Assembly: GCA_017439985.1 (NCBI GenBank) | Contig: JAFSIC010000028.1 | Span: 996 to 64,995 of the forward strand | Source: Oscillospiraceae bacterium | Lineage (GTDB): Bacteria; Bacillota; Clostridia; Oscillospirales; Ruminococcaceae | Length of the DNA: 64,000 nt | Direction of reading: 5' to 3' | Program-made: the position numbers and the translations under genes | Shown: positions 1 to 9,396 of the stretch, one piece after another | Layout of the letters: every line of letters starts with the position of its first letter | How positions within the stretch are numbered: the first letter of the stretch is position 1 | The notes under the pieces: model-generated | What the model was told of the DNA's origin: nothing | What the model saw: the letters and a program-made list of their open reading frames with translations, nothing else | Database searches by the model: none

Positions 1-469
1 GGAGCGTCCATACTTGAAACCGGAGCAGATCCCACCGCTGAGCCTGTATATCGATCAGATCCTCACGCTGTTTTCCACAGGAAGCAAAGAGGAGCAGGCT
101 CTGACCAAAGCAATGGTCAACAATTACAGCAAAGAAAAAATGCTGCGTCCTATCAAGGGAAAAAAGTACAGCAGAGAACAAATTTTGCAGATCCTGTTGA
201 TTTGTCGTCTGAAATCTGTTTTATCCATGGAGCAGATCAAAACCGTGACGACTGCACTAATGAGCGAGGAAAACTGCGAAGACACCTTAGAGGAGATTTT
301 AGTTGGTGCAGACCAACAGCGTCTATTGACCAAAGACTGTGCCGATTTTGTCAGTGACAGGTTGAACAGCGAAAGTGAAGCAGCTCTCATTCTCGAACTC
401 TGCCAGCTTAGTGACTTTTTCGCCCAAGCAGCAAAGGAACTTGCTGATCATAGTTTCGACAAAAAATAG
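1..469 (+). CDS. DUF1836 domain protein (5' end cut by window edge)
   Basis: ORF 14..469 stays open to the window edge. LTKAMVNNYSKEKMLRPIKGKKYSREQILQILLICRLKS resembles the conserved core of DUF1836 proteins as I recall them. Confidence 0.55.
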   Translation, partial: ERPYLKPEQIPPLSLYIDQILTLFSTGSKEEQALTKAMVNNYSKEKMLRPIKGKKYSREQILQILLICRLKSVLSMEQIKTVTTALMSEENCEDTLEEILVGADQQRLLTKDCADFVSDRLNSESEAALILELCQLSDFFAQAAKELADHSFDKK

Positions 470-486
470 TTGAATATACAGAAAAA

Positions 487-520
487 CAGCCCGCGAGATA
501 TTCGCAGGCTGTTTTTCTTT
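487..520 (+). terminator. intrinsic terminator after DUF1836 gene
   Basis: CAGCC(C)GCGA-gatat-TCGC(A)GGCTG hairpin followed by TTTTTCTTT. Confidence 0.6.
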
Positions 521-847
521 GGGGAGATGATATATGTAATAGGATAAAAAGGAGATGTCAAAATTGACCGGCTGGCTGAACAGCCGGGGGAGAGGAAGGA
601 TTCTGCAGGATATGGAGAGGAATTCCTGCATTCACTCTTCGTTTAACAGTATAAACCTTTTCAAAGAAAAAACAAGTGGAAACGTTTCAAATTTGATAAT
701 TTTTATGAAAATTTGTACAAATTCCGAAAAATAATAGAAAGATGTTGAATAAAATTGGAGTTTATGACCAGGAAAAATGATGATTTTTGCAGGATTAAGC
801 TTAAAATCCTGCAAAATCGAGCTGCAGGATTTCCATGACTCAGCCCG

Positions 848-876
848 TTGAGCTTTCCTGAAAAAAATGCTATAAT
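848..876 (+). promoter_or_regulatory. sigma-A-type promoter of hprK operon
   Basis: TTGAGC (848-853), 17-nt spacer, TG-extended TATAAT (TG 868-869, -10 at 871-876). Confidence 0.55.
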
Positions 877-953
877 ATCAATATCTATATATTGCGCTTC
901 AATGCGCCAAATATCCGCCGACTGCCGCCTGCGACAGGGGAAGTTCCGGGGAA

Positions 954-1904
954 ATGGAGGACATTATGGACAACATCATGAACCAAAAGAAATATAAGGT
1001 ATCCCTTGATAAGCTGGTGAAATCCCTGAAACTGGATCCGATCTATCTGCCAAAGGATCTCAGCGAACTGTACGTTACTTCTCCGGAAGTTAACCGTCCG
1101 GGTCTGCAGCTTAGCGGCTTTTACGAAGGTTTCCAGCCGGAGCGTATGCAGATTTTCGGTAACTCTGAGATGGACTATCTGCAGACTTTCATTCCGGAAC
1201 AGCAGCACAACACCATGGAGCTGTTCCTCAGCCACGATATTCCTGCTCTGGTATTCTGCAACGGTGCAGCAGAACCGGAGTATATCATCGAGCTCGCTAA
1301 AAAATATGAGCGTCCTGTTTTCCGCTGTGCACAGACTCCTTGCGGCCTGATGTCTTCCATCATGTCCATTCTGAATGTTGAACTGGCACCTCGCATCACT
1401 CGTCACGGCGTACTGATGGAAGTTTACGGTGAGGGCGTTATGATCATGGGCGAAAGCGGTGTTGGTAAGAGTGAGACCGCGATCGAGCTGCTGAAACGCG
1501 GCCATCGTCTGGTGGCAGACGATGCGGTTGAGATCCGCCGTGTGTCTGACCGTACTCTGGTCGGTCAGTCTCCAGAGAACATCCGTCACTTCATGGAACT
1601 GCGCGGTGTTGGTATCGTCAATACCAGACACCTCTTCGGTATCAGCTCCGTTAAATCCAGTGAAAAACTGGACATGGTTATCCGTCTGGAAAACTGGGAT
1701 CCTTCCAAAGTGTATGACCGCATGGGTCTGGAAGAAGAAACCATCGAGATCCTCGGTCTGCACATCCCATGTCTGACCGTTCCGGTAACTTCCGGTCGAA
1801 ACCTGGCTGTTATCATCGAGGTTGCTGTTATGAACAACCGTGCGAAGAAACTTGGTTACAACGCAGCAAAAGACTTGCTGGCAAATCTGGGTATGGCTGA
1901 ATAA
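954..1904 (+). CDS. hprK: HPr kinase/phosphorylase
   Basis: P-loop GESGVGKSETAIELLKRGHRLVADD and typical length of about 310 aa. An alternative ATG start lies at 966. Confidence 0.93.
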   Translation: MEDIMDNIMNQKKYKVSLDKLVKSLKLDPIYLPKDLSELYVTSPEVNRPGLQLSGFYEGFQPERMQIFGNSEMDYLQTFIPEQQHNTMELFLSHDIPALVFCNGAAEPEYIIELAKKYERPVFRCAQTPCGLMSSIMSILNVELAPRITRHGVLMEVYGEGVMIMGESGVGKSETAIELLKRGHRLVADDAVEIRRVSDRTLVGQSPENIRHFMELRGVGIVNTRHLFGISSVKSSEKLDMVIRLENWDPSKVYDRMGLEEETIEILGLHIPCLTVPVTSGRNLAVIIEVAVMNNRAKKLGYNAAKDLLANLGMAE

Positions 1905-1982
1905 GCAAAGCGTTTATTTGATACAATCCATAGGGAGGAGCAGATTTCTGCTCCTCCTATAACGATATGAAGAAAGGTTTGA

Positions 1983-2903
1983 GTGGACTTGACGAAAGAA
2001 CAAATCAATGCCCTCATCAGCTGCTGTGAAAAACTGGGCTGTTCCTATTCACAGCAGGAACCATTGGAAAAACATACGACCTTCCGTGCAGGCGGCCCTG
2101 CAGAGCTATTTGTTCGTGTGCAGAATGGGGAAACCTGTGCGGAGCTTCTGCATTTGGCTCGTCAGTTGAAGGTTCCTGTTCATATTTTGGGCAAGGGCTC
2201 CAATCTGCTGGTTTCTGACCAGGGTGTGGAAGGTTTGGTTCTGCACATGGAAAGCAAGCAGAATGAATTCCAACGCAAGGGCAATGAAATCATTGCGTGG
2301 GCAGGGGAGAATCTGTCTGCGCTTTGTATGTATGCGCTGGAGCAGAAGCTGAGCGGTTTGGAATTTGCCTACGGTATCCCCGGTTCTGTGGGCGGTGCGG
2401 TTTATATGAACGCCGGAGCCTATGGCGGCGAAGTTAAAGACTGTCTGAAATGGGTACGCTACCTGGATGAAAATCTGCAGGAGCAGCTGCTTCCTGCGGA
2501 ACAGCTGGATTTATCCTATCGGCATAGTATGTTCTGCGGCACAGACTGCGTGATTCTTGAGGCTTGTTTTGAGCTGAAAGAAGGAAACAGCGAGGACATC
2601 AAAGCCATCATGGACGACGTTATGTTCAAACGCCGTGACAAACAGCCACTGGAGCATCCAAGCGGCGGCAGCACATTCAAAAGACCGGAAGGTGCCTTTG
2701 CGGCTGCTCTGATCGATCAGTGCGGTCTGAAAGGACGCCGCGTGGGCGGAGCTTGTGTCAGCGAAAAGCACGCAGGATTCATCGTCAACGATAAGCAGGG
2801 AAGCTGTCAGGATATTCTGGATTTGATTGAAATCGTCCGTGCGGAAGTGAAAGAAAAAACCGGCTATGAGCTGGAAACCGAAGTGGAATTCTGGGGCAAG
2901 TAG
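1983..2903 (+). CDS. murB: UDP-N-acetylenolpyruvoylglucosamine reductase
   Basis: HTTFRAGGPAE, GKGSNLLVSD and GGSTFKRP motifs. GTG start preceded by GAAAGG. Confidence 0.92.
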   Translation: MDLTKEQINALISCCEKLGCSYSQQEPLEKHTTFRAGGPAELFVRVQNGETCAELLHLARQLKVPVHILGKGSNLLVSDQGVEGLVLHMESKQNEFQRKGNEIIAWAGENLSALCMYALEQKLSGLEFAYGIPGSVGGAVYMNAGAYGGEVKDCLKWVRYLDENLQEQLLPAEQLDLSYRHSMFCGTDCVILEACFELKEGNSEDIKAIMDDVMFKRRDKQPLEHPSGGSTFKRPEGAFAAALIDQCGLKGRRVGGACVSEKHAGFIVNDKQGSCQDILDLIEIVRAEVKEKTGYELETEVEFWGK

Positions 2904-2940
2904 CCATCAGTGGTTTGGGAATAGGAAATGAGGGGGATTT

Positions 2941-3816
2941 ATGCAATTTATCGTGATCACCGGCATGTCCGGCGCAGGAAAATCCAATGCGATCCATGCA
3001 CTGGAGGACCTTGGTGTCTACTGTATCGACAACTTACCGCCGGAGTTGATGCATCAGCTTTTTGAGATCTGTGCCAGACAGAGCGGCAAGGACGGCGAAC
3101 GCATCGCCATTGTTGCCGATGTCCGCAGCCTCAGTTGGTTTTCTGCCAACTCGCAGGACCTGCTCAGCAGCATGGAGCAAAACGATGTACAGATGATCTT
3201 CCTGGATTCCTCCGATGAAGAAATTATCAATCGATATAAAATGACCCGCCGTCGTCATCCTCTGTTGGGTGAAGGCGCTAATTCTCTGGCAGAAGCCATT
3301 GAACAGGAGCGGGAGCTGCTTGCTCCGCTGAAAAATCGTGCTGATTACGTAGTGGACACATCCTTGCTGTCCGCAGCTCAGCTTCGCAGCAGAGTACAGG
3401 AGCTGTTTGCACAGAACAGCGGCGAAAAGTTAGTCGTTAACTGCAGCTCGTTTGGCTTCAAATACGGTATCCCGACGGATGCCGATTTGGTCTTTGATGT
3501 GCGCTGTCTGCCGAATCCCTTCTATGTGGAGGAACTGAGGGAACAGACAGGCTTGGATGCTCCGGTTCGTGACTATGTGATGGATTCTCCGCTGACAGAG
3601 GGATTCTTGCAGCGAATTTTTGATTTCCTCGACTATATGCTGCCGCTGTACAGCAACGAGGAACACAAGAGTCAGCTGGGTATCGCCATCGGCTGCACCG
3701 GAGGCAAACATCGTTCTGTTGCCATTGCGCAGGCGGTTTATGAGCATATCAGTAAGGCGGGATATCTGACAGTGGTGAACCACCGAGATATTCAGAGAAA
3801 GAAGTTCAACCATTAA
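2941..3816 (+). CDS. rapZ: RNase adapter / nucleotide-binding protein RapZ (YvcJ)
   Basis: N-terminal Walker A ITGMSGAGKS, C-terminal CTGGKHRSV motif, 291 aa. Confidence 0.9.
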   Translation: MQFIVITGMSGAGKSNAIHALEDLGVYCIDNLPPELMHQLFEICARQSGKDGERIAIVADVRSLSWFSANSQDLLSSMEQNDVQMIFLDSSDEEIINRYKMTRRRHPLLGEGANSLAEAIEQERELLAPLKNRADYVVDTSLLSAAQLRSRVQELFAQNSGEKLVVNCSSFGFKYGIPTDADLVFDVRCLPNPFYVEELREQTGLDAPVRDYVMDSPLTEGFLQRIFDFLDYMLPLYSNEEHKSQLGIAIGCTGGKHRSVAIAQAVYEHISKAGYLTVVNHRDIQRKKFNH

Positions 3817-3835
3817 AACAGGAGTGGAAACAACA

Positions 3836-4726
3836 ATGACCTTTGCCCATCAGGTAAAGAATGAAGTCACCCATAACAAAGCACTCATCAATCATAACAG
3901 CATTCCGCTCCTTTACGGTATGCTGTTATTTGGGCGCCGTTTTGACGAAGAATCCATCATGATCAGCACGGAGCATAAGTCCGTGGCACGTCTTTGCGGA
4001 CGTTTGATCTTCCAGCAGATTCCCATGGCGGCCAGTGTAACAACAAGAGAATATAAGGGTACTTTCGATAAAAGTACATACGTTGTAACGGTGGATGATG
4101 CCAATGACCGCAAGGCGGTGCTGGATTATTTCCGCACAGCGAAAATCTTCACCAAAGCACAGTCCTTCCATGCGTTTATTGCGGGAGCCATGCTCTCTGC
4201 AGGCAATCTTTCCGATCCAAGCAAGGACTACCATTTTGAAATCATCTGCCCGAAGCAGGAAATGGCCGATCAAATGATCTCTCTGATGGAACAGATGGAG
4301 GTTAAAGCGCACTGCATGATCCGCCGTGACCTGCCGGTCGTCTACGTAAAAGACAGCCAGTCCATTGAGGATCTGCTGACTATTTTTGGCGCGCACAAAG
4401 CAGTGATGGACATGATGAATGTGAAAATCACCAAGGAAATGCGCAATCAGGCCAACCGCATCACCAACTGTGAGACGTCCAACATCATGAAGAGCGCAGG
4501 GGCTGCTGCGGTTCAGCTGAAAGATATTCATTATTTGCAGGAAAGCGGTCGTCTGGAAACGCTGCCTGTTGTTTTGAAAGAAACCGCCCAGCTGCGTTTG
4601 GAGAATCCGGAAGCAACACTTCGCGAACTGGCGGAGATCTCCGGTGTTTCCCGCAGCGGTATCAATCATCGTTTGAAAAAAATCTCCGAGCTTGCGGATC
4701 AGTTCCGCGCAGAGGAGCTGCAATAG
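3836..4726 (+). CDS. whiA: DNA-binding sporulation/cell-division regulator WhiA
   Basis: MTFAHQVKNEV N-terminus typical of WhiA and C-terminal HTH LRELAEISGVSRSGINHRLKKI. Start moved from GTG 3824 (inside the AGGAG RBS) to ATG 3836. Confidence 0.88.
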   Translation: MTFAHQVKNEVTHNKALINHNSIPLLYGMLLFGRRFDEESIMISTEHKSVARLCGRLIFQQIPMAASVTTREYKGTFDKSTYVVTVDDANDRKAVLDYFRTAKIFTKAQSFHAFIAGAMLSAGNLSDPSKDYHFEIICPKQEMADQMISLMEQMEVKAHCMIRRDLPVVYVKDSQSIEDLLTIFGAHKAVMDMMNVKITKEMRNQANRITNCETSNIMKSAGAAAVQLKDIHYLQESGRLETLPVVLKETAQLRLENPEATLRELAEISGVSRSGINHRLKKISELADQFRAEELQ

Positions 4727-4741
4727 AAGGGAGGGACAACA

Positions 4742-7700
4742 TTGACCGATCATTTCGTGCATCTGCATGTCCACACGGAGTACAGCTTGCTGGACGGTGC
4801 CTGCCGTATCAAGAAGCTGATCCAGCGGGCAAAGGATCTGGGGCAGGACGCAGTGGCCATCACTGACCACGGTGTTCTCTATGGAGCCATTGATTTTTAT
4901 AAAGAAGCCAAAGCAAAGGGGATCAAACCGATCATCGGCTGTGAGGTCTATGTTGCGCCTCGAACCCGCTTTGATAAGATCCATAAGGTGGACACCAGTC
5001 CGTACCATCTGGTTTTGCTCTGTGAAAATGAAACGGGCTACCAGAATCTTATCAAGATGGTGTCCCGCAGCTTCACGGAAGGCTTCTACTTCAAACCCCG
5101 CATCGACCGTGAACTGCTGAAACAGCATCATGAAGGCTTGATCGCGCTGTCAGCTTGTCTTGCCGGTGAGGTGCCTCGTGCATTGATGGCAGGGGATTAC
5201 GCTCGTGCAAAAGAGGCAGCGACTTTCTACCGTGATCTGTTTGGAAAAGAGAATTACTTCATTGAAGTGCAGAACCATGGCATTGCCGAACAGCAGCGCA
5301 TCATTCCGCAGCTGAAGCGTCTTGCCGCTGAGTTGGATGTGGGCCTTGTCGCAACGAACGACGCCCATTACATCAGCAGAGAGGACGCAGAAATGCAGAA
5401 AGTCCTCATCTGTATCCAGACCAACCACACTCTTGACGAAGACAATGACATGGAATTCGAAACAGAAGAATTCTATATCAAGTCTCGCCAGGAGATGGAA
5501 GAAGCCATTCCCGATTGTCCGGAGGCCATGGACAACACAGTAAAAATCGCAGAACGCTGCAATGTGGACTTCCAATTCGGTCATCATATTCTGCCTCTGT
5601 ATATTGCGCCGGACGGCAGGGAGAATGTGGAGTTCTTCCGCGATATGTGCTATCAGGGTCTGTACCGCCACTACGGCAGTAATCCGCCGCAGGAGTACAT
5701 CGACCGTCTGGAGTACGAGCTGAATGTCATTACCACCATGGGCTATGTGGATTACTATCTCATCGTCTATGACTTTATCAACTACGCAAAAACTCACGGC
5801 ATTCCTGTCGGCCCGGGACGAGGTTCCGGTGCGGGCAGTATTGCCGCTTACTGCATCGGTATCACCGGCATTGATCCGATGAAATATAATTTGCTTTTCG
5901 AGCGCTTCCTGAACCCGGAACGCGTCTCTATGCCGGACTTCGATATTGACTTCTGCTACGAGCGCCGCGAGGAAGTTATCGATTATGTTATTGAAAAATA
6001 TGGCGCAGACCGCGTGGCGCAGATCATCACCTTTGGTACCATGGCAGCCCGCGGCAGTATCCGCGATGTGGCTCGCGTCATGGGTCTCAGCTATCAGAAA
6101 GCGGATTCCGTGGCGAAACTGGTTCCAATGGAGCTGCACATCACCTTAGAGCAGGCTCTGGAAAAGTCCAATGAGCTGAAAAATCTCTACGACAGTGACC
6201 CGGAAGTGAAACGTCTGCTGGATACTGCGGTGAAAATCGAGGGTATGCCACGAAATTCCTCCACCCATGCGGCAGGCGTCGTGATTGCCCGCGACTCGGT
6301 GGAGAAATATGTTCCGCTGGCGAAAAACGATGATACCATCGTGACACAGTACACCATGACGACGCTGGAAGAGCTGGGCTTGCTGAAAATGGACTTCCTT
6401 GGACTGCGAAATCTGACCGTCATCAGCGACGCAGAGAAGATGATTCGTCAGTATGAGCCCAACTTCTCTGTTGCCAATGTACCGATGGACGACAAAGAGA
6501 CTTTTGAAATGATGTCCAAAGGTCAGGCGAAGGGTGTATTCCAGTTCGAGTCTGCAGGTATGCGGCAGGTGCTGGTTCAGCTGAAGCCGGAATCTGTGGA
6601 GGATCTGATCGCGGTCATTTCTCTGTACCGCCCGGGCCCAATGGATTCCATTCCTCGTTATATCCGCAACCGTCACAATCCAAAAGAGATTACCTATAAA
6701 ACACCGCTGCTGAAGGATATTCTGGATGTTACCTACGGCTGTATCGTTTATCAGGAGCAGGTTATGCAGATTTGCCGCAAGCTGGCGGGTTATTCCTACG
6801 GTCGTGCGGACTTGGTGCGCCGTGCTATGTCCAAGAAAAAACACGATGTCATGGAAAAAGAGCGCAATAACTTCATTTATGGCGCAAAAAAAGATGACGG
6901 AACTGTGGAATGTGTGGGTTGTGTCGCCAATGGCGTCAGCGAAAAGGTTGCCAACGAAATCTTCGATGAGATGAGCTCCTTTGCATCCTATGCGTTCAAC
7001 AAATCCCATGCGGCGGCGTATGCAGTGGTTGCTTATCAGACAGCCTATCTGAAACGTCACTACCCGAAAGAATACATGGCAGCCTTGCTGACCTCTGTTC
7101 TGGATAATACGGATAAGGTTATCGGCTACATCAGTGAATGTGAAAATATGGGACTGACCATTCTGCCGCCGGACATCAACAAGAGCACCGCCCGCTTCAC
7201 AGTGGAAGGCGATTCCATTCGTTTCGGCTTACAGGCGATCAAGAACACCGGCCGTGCACTGTTGGATGATTTGGTGAAGGAGAGGGAAGAAAACGGCCCG
7301 TTCGAGAACCTTTCCGACCTTTGCACCCGTATGTACGGCAAGGATATGAACCGCCGCGCACTGGAAAGCTTCATTAAATCCGGTGCCTTGGATGGTTTGG
7401 GAGACAATCGCCAAACGATGCTGCAAGGATATTCCTCTGTCTTGTCCGCTATTGATGACCAGCATAAAAACAATCTGGAGGGTCAGATTAGTCTCTTTGA
7501 GGCCATGATGGAGCCTGCAGAAGCAAAGAAACAGCAGCGTCATCAGCTGCCGAAAAAGGAAGAACTTCCGCCGCAGGTGCTTCTGGCCATGGAGCGAGAA
7601 GTCATAGGTCTCTATGTATCGGGACATCCGCTGACTCGTTATCAGGACCGCGTACAGCAGTGGAAAACGAAGCTCATTGTGGACATCAACGGCGAAGAAT

Positions 7701-8269
7701 ACCCGGACGGAAGCCTTGTGGAGGTTCTCTGCATCATCGAAAGCAGGAAGAACAAAGCCACCCGCAGCGGCGAGACCATGGCCTTTGCGACTGTGGAGGA
7801 CAGCACCGGTTCTATCGAGACTTTGATTTTCCCGAAAGTTTTGTCAGAGTATCGTTCTCTCTGCGAAGAGGGTACGGTCGTGCTGCTGAAAGCGCGCGTC
7901 AGCATCCGAGAGGAAGAGGACGTGAAGCTGGTAGCTTTGTCTATGCAGGATCCGGAAACAGTACAGAAATTGGGCTCAGAGCCGATTCCAGCACCGGAAA
8001 ATCCGACACAGCCTCAGCCGGAAAAAGCCAAAAAACAGCACAAACCGGGCTTGTATTTGCGTGTGGATTCGAAGGAAGATCCAAAGCTGAGGAAGGCTCA
8101 GGAATATCTGGCGATTTTCGAAGGTGCTTGTCCGTTGTATATTTATTTCAAGGACAGCAAGAAAATGATGCTGGCGCCGCAGCGTCTGTTCTGTGACCCG
8201 AATGCTCCGTTACTGAAACAACTGAAAATTCTTCTGGGCGAGAAAAATGTTGCCTTGGTAGAAAAATAA
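4742..8269 (+). CDS. dnaE: DNA polymerase III alpha subunit
   Basis: PHP domain HLHVHTEYSLLDG, palm motifs GPGRGSGAGS and MPDFDIDF, 1175 aa. TTG start after GGGAGGGA. Confidence 0.95.
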   Translation: MTDHFVHLHVHTEYSLLDGACRIKKLIQRAKDLGQDAVAITDHGVLYGAIDFYKEAKAKGIKPIIGCEVYVAPRTRFDKIHKVDTSPYHLVLLCENETGYQNLIKMVSRSFTEGFYFKPRIDRELLKQHHEGLIALSACLAGEVPRALMAGDYARAKEAATFYRDLFGKENYFIEVQNHGIAEQQRIIPQLKRLAAELDVGLVATNDAHYISREDAEMQKVLICIQTNHTLDEDNDMEFETEEFYIKSRQEMEEAIPDCPEAMDNTVKIAERCNVDFQFGHHILPLYIAPDGRENVEFFRDMCYQGLYRHYGSNPPQEYIDRLEYELNVITTMGYVDYYLIVYDFINYAKTHGIPVGPGRGSGAGSIAAYCIGITGIDPMKYNLLFERFLNPERVSMPDFDIDFCYERREEVIDYVIEKYGADRVAQIITFGTMAARGSIRDVARVMGLSYQKADSVAKLVPMELHITLEQALEKSNELKNLYDSDPEVKRLLDTAVKIEGMPRNSSTHAAGVVIARDSVEKYVPLAKNDDTIVTQYTMTTLEELGLLKMDFLGLRNLTVISDAEKMIRQYEPNFSVANVPMDDKETFEMMSKGQAKGVFQFESAGMRQVLVQLKPESVEDLIAVISLYRPGPMDSIPRYIRNRHNPKEITYKTPLLKDILDVTYGCIVYQEQVMQICRKLAGYSYGRADLVRRAMSKKKHDVMEKERNNFIYGAKKDDGTVECVGCVANGVSEKVANEIFDEMSSFASYAFNKSHAAAYAVVAYQTAYLKRHYPKEYMAALLTSVLDNTDKVIGYISECENMGLTILPPDINKSTARFTVEGDSIRFGLQAIKNTGRALLDDLVKEREENGPFENLSDLCTRMYGKDMNRRALESFIKSGALDGLGDNRQTMLQGYSSVLSAIDDQHKNNLEGQISLFEAMMEPAEAKKQQRHQLPKKEELPPQVLLAMEREVIGLYVSGHPLTRYQDRVQQWKTKLIVDINGEEYPDGSLVEVLCIIESRKNKATRSGETMAFATVEDSTGSIETLIFPKVLSEYRSLCEEGTVVLLKARVSIREEEDVKLVALSMQDPETVQKLGSEPIPAPENPTQPQPEKAKKQHKPGLYLRVDSKEDPKLRKAQEYLAIFEGACPLYIYFKDSKKMMLAPQRLFCDPNAPLLKQLKILLGEKNVALVEK

Positions 8270-8270
8270 A

Positions 8271-8300
8271 GAAGCCTCCCGCAAGGGAGGCTTTTGCTTT
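8271..8300 (+). terminator. intrinsic terminator after dnaE
   Basis: GAAGCCTCCC-GCAA-GGGAGGCTT hairpin followed by a T-rich tail. Confidence 0.75.
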
Positions 8301-8546
8301 GCAAGCAGAAAAAGGTATATATTGTGAATAATCTAACATAATATCAACAAGAAGAATGAATAATTTCTTGCATTTCTTTTGTAATGCGAATAATGTACAG
8401 ATTTTAAGCCATAAATCATACAAGATAACATAATCTAACAAAGTAACATTTACAAGGGGAGAAATCCATGTTATACTCAATAATATAATAGTTATGTTCT
8501 GCTAAATGAATAGGGGAGAATAAAAAATATACAAGGGGGAGAATGT

Positions 8547-9287
8547 ATGAATATTCTGCGACGGGAGAATATGAAGGATTTTATTCGTCAGCATGGTATC
8601 GTTAGTTTGAAGGAATTGTCCGCCGCTTTTCCTGATGTCAGCGTTATGACACTGCACCGCGACCTGAGCTACCTCGCCGGAGAGGGCGAGATCCAGCGTA
8701 TCCGCGGCGGTGCAAAATTTATTGGTGAAGTGGGCGCATCGGAAGGTGATATTCCGAACAAATCCGCGAAGGATATCATTGCTCGCAAGGCAGTGGATTT
8801 TGTTCGCGAGGGCAGCGCGATCTATATTGACTGTGGCACGACCATGATGGAACTGGCACGAATCATTCCGGATATGTACATCAACGTGGTGACCTGCGGA
8901 GCAAATGTGGCACTGGAAGTTGCCAAAAAGACCCGCCCGACCATCAATCTGTGCGGTGGTGTTCTCAACAGAAACAATCTGTCCACCACCGGCAACTTTG
9001 CTGAAATTATTTTATCCCAAATCAATATTGACGTGGCTTTTGTGTCCGCATCCGGCTTTTCTGTAGAGGGCGGCTTTACCTGCGGTTTTGAATCGCAGGC
9101 TTCGTTCCGTCGTCTGCTTATCGAAAAGGCGCGCTCTGTCATTGTTCTGATGGACAGCTCCAAAGTGGGCAGAATGCTGCCGTTTACCTTCTCCGGCATG
9201 AAGGACATCAACTACCTCATCAGCGATAAAACCCTGCCGCAGAACATTCTGGATCTGGCAAAAGAACATAATGTCGAAGTCCTGTGA
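8547..9287 (+). CDS. DeoR/GlpR-family transcriptional regulator
   Basis: N-terminal HTH VSLKELSAAFPDVSVMTLHRDLSYL plus a C-terminal sugar-phosphate sensor-like domain, 246 aa. Confidence 0.8.
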   Translation: MNILRRENMKDFIRQHGIVSLKELSAAFPDVSVMTLHRDLSYLAGEGEIQRIRGGAKFIGEVGASEGDIPNKSAKDIIARKAVDFVREGSAIYIDCGTTMMELARIIPDMYINVVTCGANVALEVAKKTRPTINLCGGVLNRNNLSTTGNFAEIILSQINIDVAFVSASGFSVEGGFTCGFESQASFRRLLIEKARSVIVLMDSSKVGRMLPFTFSGMKDINYLISDKTLPQNILDLAKEHNVEVL

Positions 9288-9396
9288 TAAACTGCAGCCA
9301 TCGGAAACGGTGGCTGTTTTCTTTTTGACAATAGTGGATTTGTCGCAGTCTTTGTGTTATAATCGTTTCATACTGAAACAAAGGAAGTTGAAATCA

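Noticed and set aside
553-735. Possible small ORF after the AAGGAGA at about 553 (TTG start, about 56 codons) in the hprK upstream region.
   Set aside because: The start codon is poor, the sequence is low-complexity and AT-rich, and I could assess no conservation. The region is better explained as regulatory DNA carrying the TGCAGGA repeats.
9271-9396. 42-codon N-terminal extension of folD (ORF-track start 9271, overlapping the DeoR gene end).
   Set aside because: The extension contains the DeoR-gene terminator hairpin and a TG-extended -10. ATG 9397 has an AAGGAAG RBS and gives the canonical FolD N-terminus.
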